From Eledone cirrhosa (Eukaryota): 64,000 nucleotides of DNA. Below the pieces are notes generated by a model that saw nothing but the letters and a program-made list of their open reading frames with translations, was not told the DNA's origin and ran no database searches. Made by a program: the position numbers and the translations under genes. Where the stretch lies: contig OZ024764.1 of NCBI GenBank assembly GCA_964016885.1, positions 5,642,001-5,706,000 of the forward strand. Direction: 5' to 3'. Shown here in pieces: positions 39,401-54,400 of the stretch; the first letter of the stretch is position 1, and every line of letters begins with the position of its first letter.

Positions 39401-42400
39401 GACACTGGTATGGCCATGTTGAGTGTAGTGAGGGCTGGATTAGCAAAGTGATGTCAACCCAGGAGTCAGTAGAGGCCCAAGAAGACACTGGTATGGCCAT
39501 GTTGAGTGTAGTGATGGCTGGATTAGCAAAGTAATGTCAACCCAAGAGTCAGTAGAGGCCCAAGAAGACACTGGTATGGCCATGTTGAGTGTAGTGAGGG
39601 CTGGATTAGCAAAGTGATGTCAATCCAAGTAATTAGAGGCCCAAGAAGACACTGGTATGGCCATGTTGAGTGTAGTGAGGGCTGGATTAGCAAAGTGATG
39701 TCAACCCAAGAGTCAGTAGAGGCCCAAGAAGACACTGGTATGGCCATGTTGAGTGTAGTGATGGCTGGATTAGCAAAGTGATGTCAACCCAGGAGTCAGT
39801 AGAGGCCCAAGAAGACACTGGTATGGCCATGTTGAGTTTAGTGAGGATTGGATTAGCAAAGTGATGTCAACCCAAGTAATTAGAGGCCCAAGCAGACACT
39901 GGTATAGCCATGTTGAGTGTAGTGAGGGCTGGATTAGCAAAGTGATGTCAACCCAGGAGTCAGTAGAGGCCCAAGAAGACACTGGTGTGGCCATGTTGAG
40001 TGTAGTGAGGATTGGATTAGCAAAGTGATGTCAACCCAGGAGTCAGTAGAGGCCCAAGAAGACACTGGTATGGCCATGTTGAGTGTAGTGAGGGCTGGAT
40101 TAGCAAAGTGATGTCAACCCAAGTAATTAGAGGCCCAAGAAGACACTGGTATGGCCATGTTGAGTGTAGTGAGGGCTGGATTAGCAAAGTGATGTCAACC
40201 CAGGAGTCAGTAGAGGCCCAAGAAGACACTGGCATGGCCATGTTGAGTGTAGTGAGGGCTGGATTAGCAAAGTGATGTCAACCCAGGAGTCATTAGTGGC
40301 CCAAGAAGACACTGGTATGGCCATGTTGAGTGTAGTGAGGGCTGGATTAACAAAGTGATGTCAACCCAGGAGTCAGTAGAGGCCCAAGAAGACACTGGTA
40401 TGGCCATGTTGAGTGTAGTGATGGCTGGATTAGCAAAGTGATGTCAACCCAAGAGTCAGTAGAGGCCCAAGAAGACACTGGTGTGGCCATGTTGAGTGTA
40501 GTGAGGATTGGATTAGCAAAGTGATGTCAACCCAAGAGTCAGTAGAGGCCCAAGAAGACACTGGTATGGCCATGTTGAGTGTAGTGAGGGCTGGATTAGC
40601 AAAGTGATGTCAACTCAAGAGTCAGTAGAGGCCCAAGAAGACACTGGTATGGCCATGTTGAGTGTAGTGAGGGCTGGATTAGCAAAGTGATGTCAACCCA
40701 AGTGTCAGTAGAGGCCCAAGAAGACACTGGTATGGCCATGTTGAGTGTAGTGAGGGCTGGATTAGCAAAGTGATGTCAACCCAAGTAATTAGAGGCCCAA
40801 GAAGACACTGGTATGGCCATGTTGAGTGTAGTGAGGATTGGATTAGCAAAGTGATGTCAACCCAAGAGTCAGTAGAGGCCCAAGAAGACACTGGTATGGC
40901 CATGTTGAGTGTAGTGAGGGCTGGATTAGCAAAGTGATGTTAACCCAAGTAATCAGAGGCCCAAGAAGACACTGGTATGGCCATGTTGAGTGTAGTGAGG
41001 GCTGGATTAGCAAAGTGATGTCAACCCAGGAGTCATTAGTGGCCCAAGAAGACACTGGTATGGCCATGTTGAGTGTAGTGAGGGCTGGATTAGCAAAGTG
41101 ATGTCAACCCAGGAGTCATTAGTGGCCCAAGAAGACACTGGTATGGCCATGTTGAGTGTAGTGAGGGCTGGATTAACAAAGTGATGTCAACCCAGGAGTC
41201 AGTAGAGGCCCAAGAAGACACTGGTATGGCCATGTTGAGTGTAGTGATGGCTGGATTAGCAAAGTGATGTCAACCCAAGAGTCAGTAGAGGCCCAAGAAG
41301 ACACTGGTGTGGCCATGTTGAGTGTAGTGAGGATTGGATTAGCAAAGTGATGTCAACCCAAGAGTCAGTAGAGGCCCAAGAAGACACTGGTATGGCCATG
41401 TTGAGTGTAGTGAGGGCTGGATTAGCAAAGTGATGTCAACTCAAGAGTCAGTAGAGGCCCAAGAAGACACTGGTATGGCCATGTTGAGTGTAGTGAGGGC
41501 TGGATTAGCAAAGTGATGTCAACCCAAGTGTCAGTAGAGGCCCAAGAAGACACTGGTATGGCCATGTTGAGTGTAGTGAGGGCTGGATTAGCAAAGTGAT
41601 GTCAACCCAAGTAATTAGAGGCCCAAGAAGACACTGGTATGGCCATGTTGAGTGTAGTGAGGATTGGATTAGCAAAGTGATGTCAACCCAAGAGTCAGTA
41701 GAGGCCCAAGAAGACACTGGTATGGCCATGTTGAGTGTAGTGAGGGCTGGATTAGCAAAGTGATGTTAACCCAAGTAATCAGAGGCCCAAGAAGACACTG
41801 GTATGGCCATGTTGAGTGTAGTGAGGGCTGGATTAGCAAAGTGATGTCAACCCAAGTAATCAGAGGCCCAAGAAGACACTGGTATGGCCATGTTGAGTGT
41901 AGTGATGGCTGGATTAGCAAAGTGATGTCAACCCAAGTAATCAGAGGCCCAAGAAGACACTGGTATGGCCATGTTGAGTGTAGTGAGGGCTGGATTAGCA
42001 AAGTGATGTCAATCCAAGAGTCAGTAGAGGCCCAAGAAGACACTGGTATGGCCATGTTGAGTGTAGTGAGGGCTGGATTAGCAAAGTGATGTCAACCCAA
42101 GTAATTAGAGGCCCAAGAAGACACTGGTATGGCCATGTTGAGTGTAGTGAGGATTGGATTAGCAAAGTGATGTCAATCCAAGTAATTAGAGGCCCAAGAA
42201 GACACTGGTATGGCCATGTTGAGTGTAGTGATGGCTGGATTAGCAAAGTGATGTCAACCCAAGAGTCAGTAGAGGCCCAAGAAGACACTGGTATGGCCAT
42301 GTTGAGTGTAGTGAGGGCTGGATTAGCAAAGTGATGTCAATCCAAGAGTCAGTAGAGGCCCAAGAAGACACTGGTATGGCCATGTTGAGTGTAGTGAGGG

Positions 42401-45400
42401 CTGGATTAGCAAAGTGATGTCAATCCAAGAGTCAGTAGAGGCCCAAGAAGACACTGGTATGGCCATGTTGAGTGTAATGAGGATTGGATTAGCAAAGTGA
42501 TGTCAATCCAAGAGTCAGTAGAGGCCCAAGAAGACACTGGTGTGGCCATGTTGAGTGTAGTGAGGGCTGGATTAGCAAAGTGATGTCAATCCAAGAGTCA
42601 GTAGAGGCCCAAGAAGACACTGGTATGGCCATGTTGAGTGTAATGAGGATTGGATTAGCAAAGTGATGTCAACCCAAGAGTCAGTAGAGGCCCAAGAAGA
42701 CACTGGTATGGCCATGTTGAGTGTAGTGAGGGCTGGATTAGCAAAGTGATGTCAATCCAAGAGTCAGTAGAGGCCCAAGAAGACACTGGTATGGCCATGT
42801 TGAGTGTAATGAGGATTGGATTAGCAAAGTGATGTCAATCCAAGAGTCAGTAGAGGCCCAAGAAGACACTGGTGTGGCCATGTTGAGTGTAGTGAGGGCT
42901 GGATTAGCAAAGTGATGTCAACCCAAGTAATTAGAGGCCCAAGAAGACACTGGTATGGCCATGTTGAGTGTAGTGAGGATTGGATTAGCAAAGTGATGTC
43001 AACCCAAGAGTCAGTAGAGGCCCAAGAAGACACTGGTATGGCCATGTTGAGTGTAGTGTGGGCTGGATTAGCAAAGTGATGTCAATCCAAGAGTCAGTAG
43101 AGGCCCAAGAAGACACTGGTATGGCCATGTTGAGTGTAGTGAGGATTGGATTAGCAAAGTGATGTCAATCCAAGAGTCAGTAGAGGCCCAAGAAGACACT
43201 GGTATGGCCATGTTGAGTGTAGTGAGCATTGGATTAGCAAAGTGATGTCAACCCAGGAGTCAGTAGAGGCCCAAGAAGACACTGGTATAGCCATGTTGAG
43301 TGTAGTGAGGATTGGATTAGCAAAGTGATGTCAACCCAGGAGTCAGTAGAGGCCCAAGAAGACACTGGTATGGCCATGTTGAGTGTAGTGAGGATTGGAT
43401 TAGCAAAGTGATGTCAACCCAGGAGTCAGTAGAGGCCCAAGAAGACACTGGTATGGCCATGTTGAGTCTAATGAGGATTGGATTTACAAAGTCATGTCAA
43501 CCCAGGAGTCAGTAGAGGCCCAAGAAGACACTGGTATGGCCATGTTGAGTGTAGTGAGGGCTGGATTAGAAAAGTGATGTCAACCCAAGTAATTAAAGGC
43601 CCAAGAAGACACTGGTATGGCCATGTTGAGTGTAGTGAGGGCTGGATTAGCAAAGTGATGTCAACCCAAGAGTCAGTAGAGGCCCAAGAAGACACTGGTA
43701 TGGCCATGTTGAGTGTAGTGAGGGCTGGATTATCAAAGTGATGTCAACCCAAGAGTCAGTAGAGGCCCAAGAAGACACTGGTATGGCCATGTTGAGTGTA
43801 GTGATGGCTGGATTAGCAAAGTGATGTCAACCCAGGAGTCAGTAGAGGCCCAAGAAGACACTGGTATGGCCATGTTGAGTGTAGTGAGGGCTGGATTAGC
43901 AAAGTGATGTCAACCCAAGTAATTAGAGGCCCAAGAAGACACTGGTATGGCCATGTTGAGTGTAGTGAGGATTGGATTAGCAAAGTGATGTCAATCCAAG
44001 TAATTAGAGGCCCAAGAAGACACTGGTATGGCCATGTTGAGTGTAGTGATGGCTGGATTAGCAAAGTGATGTCAACCCAAGAGTCAGTAGAGGCCCAAGA
44101 AGACACTGGTGTGGCCATGTTGAGTGTAGTGAGGATTGGATTAGCAAAGTGATGTCAACCCAAGAGTCAGTAGAGGCCCAAGAAGACACTGGTATAGCCA
44201 TGTTGAGTGTAGTGAGGGCTGGATTAGCAAAGTGATGTCAACTCAAGAGTCAGTAGAGGCCCAAGAAGACACTGGTATGGCCATGTTGAGTGTAGTGAGG
44301 GCTGGATTAGCAAAGTGATGTCAACCCAAGAGTCAGTAGAGGCCCAAGAAGACACTGGTATGGCCATGTTGAGTGTAGTGAGGGCTGGATTAGCAAAGTG
44401 ATGTCAACCCAGGAGTCAGTAGAGGCCCAAGAAGACACTGGTATGGCCATGTTGTGTGTAGTGAGTGCTGGATTAGCAAAGTGATGTCAACCCAAATAAT
44501 TAGAGGCCCAAGAAGACACTGGTATGGCCATGTTGAGTGTAGTGAGGATTGGATTAGCAAAGTGATGTCAACCCAAGAGACAGTAGAGGCCCAAGAAGAC
44601 ACTGGTATGGCCATGTTGAGTGTAGTGAGGGCTGGATTAGCAAAGTGATGTCAACCCAAGTAATTAGAGGCCCAAGAAGACACTGGTATGGCCATGTTGA
44701 GTGTTGTGAGGGCTGGATTAGCAAAGGGATGTCAACCCAGGAGTCAGTAGAGGCCCAAGAAGACACTGGTATGGCCATGTTGAGTGTAGTGAGGGCTGGA
44801 TTAGCAAAGTGATGTCAACCCAGGAGTCAGTAGAGGCCCAAGAAGACACTGGTATGGCCATGTTGAGTGTAGTGAGGGCTGGATTAGCAAAGTGATGTCA
44901 ACCCAGGAGTCAGTAGAGGCCCAAGAAGACACTGGTATGGCCTTGTTGAGTGTAGTGAGGGCTGGATTAGCAAAGTGATGTCAACCCAAGTAATTAGAGG
45001 CCCAAGAAGACACTGGTATGGCCATGTTGAGTGTTGTGAGGGCTGGATTAGCAAAGGGATGTCAACCCAAGTAATTAGAGGCCCAAGAAGACACTGGTAT
45101 GGCAATGTTGAGTGTTGTGAGGGCTGGATTAGCAAAGTGATGTCAACCCAAGTAATTAGAGGCCCAAGAAGACACTGGTATGGCCATGTTGAGTGTAATG
45201 AGGATTGGATTAGCAAAGTGATGTCAATCCAAGAGTCAGTAGAGGCCCAAGAAGACACTGGTGTGGCCATGTTGAGTGTAGTGAGGGCTGGATTAGCAAA
45301 GTGATGTCAACCCAAGTAATTAGAGGCCCAAGAAGACACTGGTATGGCCATGTTGAGTGTAGTGAGGATTGGATTAGCAAAGTGATGTCAACCCAAGAGT

Positions 45401-48400
45401 CAGTAGAGGCCCAAGAAGACACTGGTATGGCCATGTTGAGTGTAGTGTGGGCTGGATTAGCAAAGTGATGTCAATCCAAGAGTCAGTAGAGGCCCAAGAA
45501 GACACTGGTATGGCCATGTTGAGTGTGGTGAGGGCTGGATTAGCAAAGTGATGTCAATCCAAGAGTCAGTAGAGGCCCAAGAAGACACTGGTATGGCCAT
45601 GTTGAGTGTGGTGAGGGCTGGATTAGCAAAGTGATGTCAATCCAAGAGTCAGTAGAGGCCCAAGAAGACACTGGTATGGCCATGTTGAGTGTAGTGAGGA
45701 TTGGATTAGCAAAGTGATGTCAATCCAAGAGTCAGTAGAGGCCCAAGAAGACACTGGTATGGCCATGTTGAGTGTAGTGAGCATTGGATTAGCAAAGTGA
45801 TGTCAACCTAGGAGTCAGTAGAGGCCCAAGAAGACACTGGTATAGCCATGTTGAGTGTAGTGAGGATTGGATTAGCAAAGTGATGTCAACCCAGGAGTCA
45901 GTAGAGGCCCAAGAAGACACTGGTATGGCCATGTTGAGTGTAGTGAGGATTGGATTAGCAAAGTGATGTCAACCCAGGAGTCAGTAGAGGCCCAAGAAGA
46001 CACTGGTATGGCCATGTTGAGTAGTGAGGATTGGATTAGCAAAGTGATGTCAACCCAGGAGTCAGTAGAGGCCCAAGAAGACACTGGTATGGCCATGTTG
46101 AGTGTAGTGAGGATTGGATTAGCAAAGTGATATCAATCCAAGTAATTAGAGGCCCAAGAAGACACTGGTATGGCCATGTTGAGTGTAGTGAGGATTGGAT
46201 TAGCAAAGTGATGTCAACCCAGGAGTCAGTAGAGGCCCAAGAAGACACTGGTATGGCCATGTTGAGTGTAGTGAGGATTGGATTAGCAAAGTGATGTCAA
46301 CCCAGGAGTCAGTAGAGGCCCAAGAAGACACTGGTATGGCCATGTTGAGTGTAGTGAGGATTGGATTAGCAAAGTGATGTCAACCCAGGAGTCAGTAGAG
46401 GCCCAAGAAGACACTGGTATGGCCATGTTGAGTCTAATGAGGATTGGATTAGCAAAGTCATGTCAACCCAGGAGTCAGTAGAGGCCCAAGAAGACACTGG
46501 TATGGCCATGTTGAGTGTAGTGAGGGCTGGATTAGAAAAGTGATGTCAACCCAAGTAATTAAAGGCCCAAGAAGACACTGGTATGGCCATGTTGAGTGTA
46601 GTGAGGGCTGGATTAGCAAAGTGATGTCAACCCAAGAGTCAGTAGAGGCCCAAGAAGACACTGGTATGGCCATGTTGAGTGTAGTGAGGGCTGGATTATC
46701 AAAGTGATGTCAACCCAAGAGTCAGTAGAGGCCCAAGAAGACACTGGTATGGCCATGTTGAGTGTAGTGATGGCTGGATTAGCAAAGTGATGTCAACCCA
46801 GGAGTCAGTAGAGGCCCAAGAAGACACTGGTATGGCCATGTTGAGTGTAGTGAGGGCTGGATTAGCAAAGTGATGTCAACCCAAGTAATTAGAGGCCCAA
46901 GAAGACACTGGTATGGCCATGTTGAGTGTAGTGAGGATTGGATTAGCAAAGTGATGTCAATCCAAGTAATTAGAGGCCCAAGAAGACACTGGTATGGCCA
47001 TGTTGAGTGTAGTGATGGCTGGATTAGCAAAGTGATGTCAACCCAAGAGTCAGTAGAGGCCCAAGAAGACACTGGTGTGGCCATGTTGAGTGTAGTGAGG
47101 ATTGGATTAGCAAAGTGATGTCAACCCAAGAGTCAGTAGAGGCCCAAGAAGACACTGGTATAGCCATGTTGAGTGTAGTGAGGGCTGGATTAGCAAAGTG
47201 ATGTCAACTCAAGAGTCAGTAGAGGCCCAAGAAGACACTGGTATGGCCATGTTGAGTGTAGTGAGGGCTGGATTAGCAAAGTGATGTCAACCCAAGAGTC
47301 AGTAGAGGCCCAAGAAGACACTGGTATGGCCATGTTGAGTGTAGTGAGGGCTGGATTAGCAAAGTGATGTCAACCCAGGAGTCAGTAGAGGCCCAAGAAG
47401 ACACTGGTATGGCCATGTTGTGTGTAGTGAGTGCTGGATTAGCAAAGTGATGTCAACCCAAGTAATTAGAGGCCCAAGAAGACACTGGTATGGCCATGTT
47501 GAGTGTAGTGAGGATTGGATTAGCAAAGTGATGTCAACCCAAGAGTCAGTAGAGGCCCAAGAAGACACTGGTATGGCCATGTTGAGTGTAGTGAGGGCTG
47601 GATTAGCAAAGTGATGTCAACCCAGGAGTCAGTAGAGGCCCAAGAAGACACTGGTATGGCCATGTTGAGTGTAGTGAGGGCTAGATTAGCAAAGTGATGT
47701 CAACCCAAGTAATTAGAGGCCCAAGAAGACACTGGTATGGCCATGTTGAGTGTTGTGAGGGCTGGATTAGCAAAGGGATGTCAACCCAAGTAATTAGAGG
47801 CCCAAGAAGACACTGGTATGGCAATGTTGAGTGTTGTGAGGGCTGGATTAGCAAAGTGATGTCAACCCAAGTAATTAGAGGCCCAAGAAGACACTGGTAT
47901 GTCCATGTTGAGTGTAATGAGGATTGGATTAGCAAAGTGATGTCAATCCAAGAGTCAGTACAGGCCCAAGAAGACACTGGTGTGGCCATGTTGAGTGTAG
48001 TGAGGGCTGGATTAGCAAAGTGATGTCAACCCAAGTAATTAGAGGCCCAAGAAGACACTGGTATGGCCATGTTGAGTGTAGTGAGGATTGGATTAGCAAA
48101 GTGATGTCAACCCAAGAGTCAGTAGAGGCCCAAGAAGACACTGGTATGGCCATGTTGAGTGTAGTGTGGGCTGGATTAGCAAAGTGATGTCAATCCAAGA
48201 GTCAGTAGAGGCCCAAGAAGACACTGGTATGGCCATGTTGAGTGTGGTGAGGGCTGGATTAGCAAAGTGATGTCAATCCAAGAGTCAGTAGAGGCCCAAG
48301 AAGACACTGGTATGACCATGTTGAGTGTAGTGAGGATTGGATTAGCAAAGTGATGTCAATCCAAGAGTCAGTAGAGGCCCAAGAAGACACTGGTATGGCC

Positions 48401-51400
48401 ATGTTGAGTGTAGTGAGCATTGGATTAGCAAAGTGATGTCAACCCAGGAGTCAGTAGAGGCCCAAGAAGACACTGGTATAGCCATGTTGAGTGTAGTGAG
48501 GATTGGATTAGCAAAGTGATGTCAACCCAGGAGTCAGTAGAGGCCCAAGAAGACACTGGTATGGCCATGTTGAGTGTAGTGAGGATTGGATTAGCAAAGT
48601 GATATCAATCCAAGTAATTAGAGGCCCAAGAAGACACTGGTATGGCCATGTTGAGTGTAGTGAGGATTGGATTAGCAAAGTGATGTCAACCCAGGAGTCA
48701 GTAGAGGCCCAAGAAGACACTGGTATGGCCATGTTGAGTGTAGTGAGGATTGGATTAGCAAAGTGATGTCAACCCAGGAGTCAGTAGAGGCCCAAGAAGA
48801 CACTGGTATGGCCATGTTGAGTCTAATGAGGATTGGATTAGCAAAGTGATGTCAACCCAGGAGTCAGTAGAGGCCCAAGAAGACACTGGTATGGCCATGT
48901 TGAGTGTAGTGAGGGCTGGATTAGAAAAGTGATGTCAACCCAAGTAATTAAAGGCCCAAGAAGACACTGGTATGGCCATGTTGAGTGTAGTGAGGGCTGG
49001 ATTAGCAAAGTGATGTCAACCCAAGAGTCAGTAGAGGCCCAAGAAGACACTGGTATGGCCATGTTGAGTGTAGTGAGGGCTGGATTATCAAAGTGATGTC
49101 AACCCAAGAGTCAGTAGAGGCCCAAGAAGACACTGGTATGGCCATGTTGAGTGTAGTGATGGCTGGATTAGCAAAGTGATGTCAACCCAGGAGTCAGTAG
49201 AGGCCCAAGAAGACACTGGTATGGCCATGTTGAGTGTAGTGAGGATTGGATTAGCAAAGTGATGTCAACCCAAGAGTCAGTAGAGGCCCAAGAAGACACT
49301 GGTATGGCCATGTTGAGTGTAGTGAGGATTGGATTAGCAAAGTGATGTCAATCCAAGTAATTAGAGGCCCAAGAAGACACTGGTATGGCCATGTTGAGTG
49401 TAGTGAGGATTGGATTAGCAAAGTGATGTCAATCCAAGTAATTAGAGGCCCAAGAAGACACTGGTATGGCCATGTTGAGTGTAGTGAGGATTGGATTAGC
49501 AAAGTGATGTCAATCCAAGTAATTAGAGGCCCAAGAAGACACTGGTATGGCCATGTTGAGTGTAGTGAGGGCTGGATTAGCAAAGTGATGTCAACCCAAG
49601 TAATTAGAGGCCCAAGAAGACACTGGTATGGCCATGTTGAGTGTAGTGAGGATTGGATTAGCAAAGTGATGTCAACCCAAGAGTCAGTAGAGGCCCAAGA
49701 AGACACTGGTATGGCCATGTTGAGTGTAGTGATGGCTGGATTAGCAAAGTGATGTCAACCCAAGTAATTAGAGGCCCAAGAAGACACTGGTATGGCCATG
49801 TTGAGTGTAGTGAGGATTGGATTAGCAAAGTGATGTCAACCCAAGAGTCAGTAGAGGCCCAAGAAGACACTGGTATGGCCATGTTGAGTGTAGTGAGCAT
49901 TGGATTAGCAAAGTGATGTCAACCCAGGAGTCAGTAGAGGCCCAAGAAGACACTGGTATAGCCATGTTGAGTGTAGTGAGGATTGGATTAGCAAAGTGAT
50001 GTCAACCCAGGAGTCAGTAGAGGCCCAAGAAGACACTGGTATGGCCATGTTGAGTGTAGTGAGGATTGGATTAGCAAAGTGATATCAATCCAAGTAATTA
50101 GAGGCCCAAGAAGACACTGGTATGGCCATGTTGAGTGTAGTGAGGATTGGATTAGCAAAGTGATGTCAACCCAGGAGTCAGTAGAGGCCCAAGAAGACAC
50201 TGGTATGGCCATGTTGAGTGTAGTGAGGATTGGATTAGCAAAGTGATGTCAACCCAGGAGTCAGTAGAGGCCCAAGAAGACACTGGTATGGCCATGTTGA
50301 GTCTAATGAGGATTGGATTAGCAAAGTGATGTCAACCCAGGAGTCAGTAGAGGCCCAAGAAGACACTGGTATGGCCATGTTGAGTGTAGTGAGGGCTGGA
50401 TTAAAAAAGTGATGTCAACCCAAGTAATTAAAGGCCCAAGAAGACACTGGTATGGCCATGTTGAGTGTAGTGAGGGCTGGATTAGCAAAGTGATGTCAAC
50501 CCAAGAGTCAGTAGAGGCCCAAGAAGACACTGGTATGGCCATGTTGAGTGTAGTGAGGGCTGGATTATCAAAGTGATGTCAACCCAAGAGTCAGTAGAGG
50601 CCCAAGAAGACACTGGTATGGCCATGTTGAGTGTAGTGATGGCTGGATTAGCAAAGTGATGTCAACCCAGGAGTCAGTAGAGGCCCAAGAAGACACTGGT
50701 ATGGCCATGTTGAGTGTAGTGAGGATTGGATTAGCAAAGTGATGTCAACCCAAGAGTCAGTAGAGGCCCAAGAAGACACTGGTATGGCCATGTTGAGTGT
50801 AGTGAGGATTGGATTAGCAAAGTGATGTCAATCCAAGTAATTAGAGGCCCAAGAAGACACTGGTATGGCCATGTTGAGTGTAGTGAGGATTGGATTAGCA
50901 AAGTGATGTCAATCCAAGTAATTAGAGGCCCAAGAAGACACTGGTATGGCCATGTTGAGTGTAGTGAGGATTGGATTAGCAAAGTGATGTCAATCCAAGT
51001 AATTAGAGGCCCAAGAAGACACTGGTATGGCCATGTTGAGTGTAGTGAGGGCTGGATTAGCAAAGTGATGTCAACCCAAGTAATTAGAGGCCCAAGAAGA
51101 CACTGGTATGGCCATGTTGAGTGTAGTGAGGATTGGATTAGCAAAGTGATGTCAACCCAAGAGTCAGTAGAGGCCCAAGAAGACACTGGTATGGCCATGT
51201 TGAGTGTAGTGATGGCTGGATTAGCAAAGTGATGTCAACCCAAGTAATTAGAGGCCCAAGAAGACACTGGTATGGCCATGTTGAGTGTAGTGAGGATTGG
51301 ATTAGCAAAGTGATGTCAACCCAAGAGTCAGTAGAGGCCCAAGAAGACACTGGTATGGCCATGTTGAGTGTAGTGAGGATTGGATTAGCAAAGTGATGTC

Positions 51401-54400
51401 AATCCAAGTAATTAGAGGCCCAAGAAGACACTGGTATGGCCATGTTGAGTGTAGTGAGGATTGGATTAGCAAAGTGATGTCAATCGAAGTAATTAGAGGC
51501 CCAAGAAGACACTGGTATGGCCATGTTGAGTGTAGTGAGGATTGGATTAGCAAAGTGATGTCAATCCAAGTAATTAGAGGCCCAAGAAGACACTGGTATG
51601 GCCATGTTGAGTGTAGTGAGGATTGGATTAGCAAAGTGATGTCAACCCAAGAGTCAGTAGAGGCCCAAGTAGACACTGGTATAGCCATGTTGAGTGTAGT
51701 GAGGATTGGATTAGCAAAGTGATGTCAACCCAAGAGTCAGTAGAGGCCCAAGAAGACATTGGTATGGCCATGTTGAGTGTAGTGAGGGCTGGATTAGCAA
51801 AGTGATGTCAACCCAAGAGTCAGTAGAGGCCCAAGAAGACACTGGTATAGCCATGTTGAGTGTAGTGAGGATTGGATTAGCAAAGTGATGTCAACCCAGG
51901 AGTCAGTAGAGGCCCAAGAAGACACTGGTGTGGCCATGTTGAGTGTAGTGAGGATTGGATTAGCAAAGTGATGTCAACCCAGGAGTCAGTAGAGGCCCAA
52001 GAAGACACTGGTATGGCCATGTTGAGTCTAGTGAGGATTGGATTAGCAAAGTGATGTCAACCCAAGTAATTAGAGGCCCAAGAAGACACTGGTATGGCCA
52101 TGTTGAGTGTAGTGAGGATTGGATTAGCAAAGTGATGTCAACCCAAGTAATTAGAGGCCCAAGAAGACACTGGTATGGCCATGTTGAGTGTAGTGAGGGC
52201 TGGATTAGCAAAGTGAAGTCAACCCAAGAGTCAGTAGAGGCCCAAGAAGACACTGGTATAGCCATGTTGAGTGTAGTGAGGATTGGATTAGCAAAGTGAT
52301 GTCAACCCAGGAGTCAGTAGAGGCCCAAGAAGACACTGGTATGGCCATGTTGAGTGTAGTGAGGATTGGATTAGCAAAGTGATGTCAACCCAGGAGTCAG
52401 TAGAGGTCCAAGAAGACACTGGTATAGCCATGTTGAGTGTAGTGAGGATTGGATTAGCAAAGTGATGTCAACTCAAGAGTCAGTAGAGGCCCAAGAAGAC
52501 ACTGTTATAGCCATGTTGAGTGTAGTGAGGATTGGATTAGCAAAGTGATGTCAACCCAAGAGTCAGTAGAGGCCCAAGAAGACACTGGTATAGCCATGTT
52601 GAGTGTAGTGAGGATTGGATTAGCAAAGTGATGTCAACCCAAGAGTCAGTAGAGGCCCAAGAAGACACTGGTATGGCCATGTTGAGTGTAGTGAGGATTG
52701 GATTAACAAAGTGATGTCAACTCAGGAGTCAGTAGAGGCCCAAGAAGACACTGGTATGGCCATGTTGAGTGTAGTGAGGGCTGGATTAGCAAAGTGGTGT
52801 CAACCCAAGTAATTAAAGGCCCAAGAAGACACTGGTATGGCCATGTTGAGTGTAGTGAGGGCTGGATTAGCAAAGTGATGTCAACCCAAGAGTCTGTAGA
52901 GGAGCAAGAAGACACTGGTATGGCCATGTTGAGTGTAGTGAGGATTGGATTAGCAAAGTGATATCAATCCAAGAGTCAGTAGAGGCCCAAGAAGACACTG
53001 GTATAGCCATGTTGAGTGTAGTGAGGGCTGGATTAGCAAAGTGATGTCAACCCAGGAGTCAGTAGAGGCCCAAGAAGACACTGGTATGGCCATGTTGAGT
53101 GTAGTGATGGCTGGATTAGCAAAGTGATGTCAACCCAGGAGTCAGTAGAGGCCCAAGAAGACACTGGTATGGCCATGTTGAGTGTAGTGATGGCTGGATT
53201 AGCAAAGTGATGTCAACCCAAGAGTCAGTAGAGGCCCAAGAAGACACTGGTATGGCCATGTTGAGTGTAGTGATGGCTGGATTAGCAAAGTGATGTCAAC
53301 CCAAGAGTCAGTAGAGGCCCAAGAAGACACTGGTATGGCCATGTTGAGTGTAGTGAGGGCTGGATTAGCAAAGTGATGTCAACCCAAGAGTCAGTAGAGG
53401 CCCAAGAAGACACTGGTATGGCCATGTTGAGTGTAGTGAGGGCTGGATTAGCAAAGTGATGTCAACCCAGGAGTCAGTAGAGGCCCAAGAAGACACTGGT
53501 ATGGCCATGTTGAGTGTAGTGATGGCTGGATTATCAAAGTGATGTCAACCCAAGAGTCAGTAGAGGCCCAAGAAGACACTGGTATGGCCATGTTGAGTGT
53601 AGTGATGGCTGGATTAGCAAAGTGATGTCTACCCAGGAGTCAGTAGAGGCCCAAGAAGACACTGGTATGGCCATGTTGAGTGTAGTGAGGGCTGGATTAG
53701 CAAAGTGATGTCAACCCAAGTAATTAGAGGCCCAAGAAGACACTGGTATGGCCATGTTGAGTGTAGTGAGGATTGGATTAGCAAAGTGATGTCAATCCAA
53801 GTAATTAGAGTCCCAAGAAGACACTGGTATGGCCATGTTGAGTGTAGTGATGGCTGGATTACCAAAGTGATGTCAACCCAAGAGTCAGTAGAGGCCCAAG
53901 AAGACACTGGTGTGGCCATGTTGAGTGTAGTGAGGATTGGATTAGCAAAGTGATGTCAACCCAAGAGTCAGTAGAGGCCCAAGAAGACACTGGTATAGCC
54001 ATGTTGAGTGTAGTGAGGGCTGGATTAGCAAAGTGATGTCAACTCAAGAGTCAGTAGAGGCCCAAGAAGACACTGGTATGGCCATGTTGAGTGTAGTGAG
54101 GGCTGGATTAGCAAAGTGATGTCAACCCAAGAGTCAGTAGAGGCCCAAGAAGACACTGGTATGGCCATGTTGAGTGTAGTGAGGGCTGGATTAGCAAAGT
54201 GATGTCAACCCAGGAGTCAGTAGAGGCCCAAGAAGACACTGGTATGGCCATGTTGTGTGTAGTGAGTGCTGGATTAGCAAAGTGATGTCAACCCAAGTAA
54301 TTAGAGGCCCAAGAAGACACTGGTATGGCCATGTTGAGTGTAGTGAGGATTGGATTAGCAAAGTGATGTCAACCCAAGAGTCAGTAGAGGCCCAAGAAGA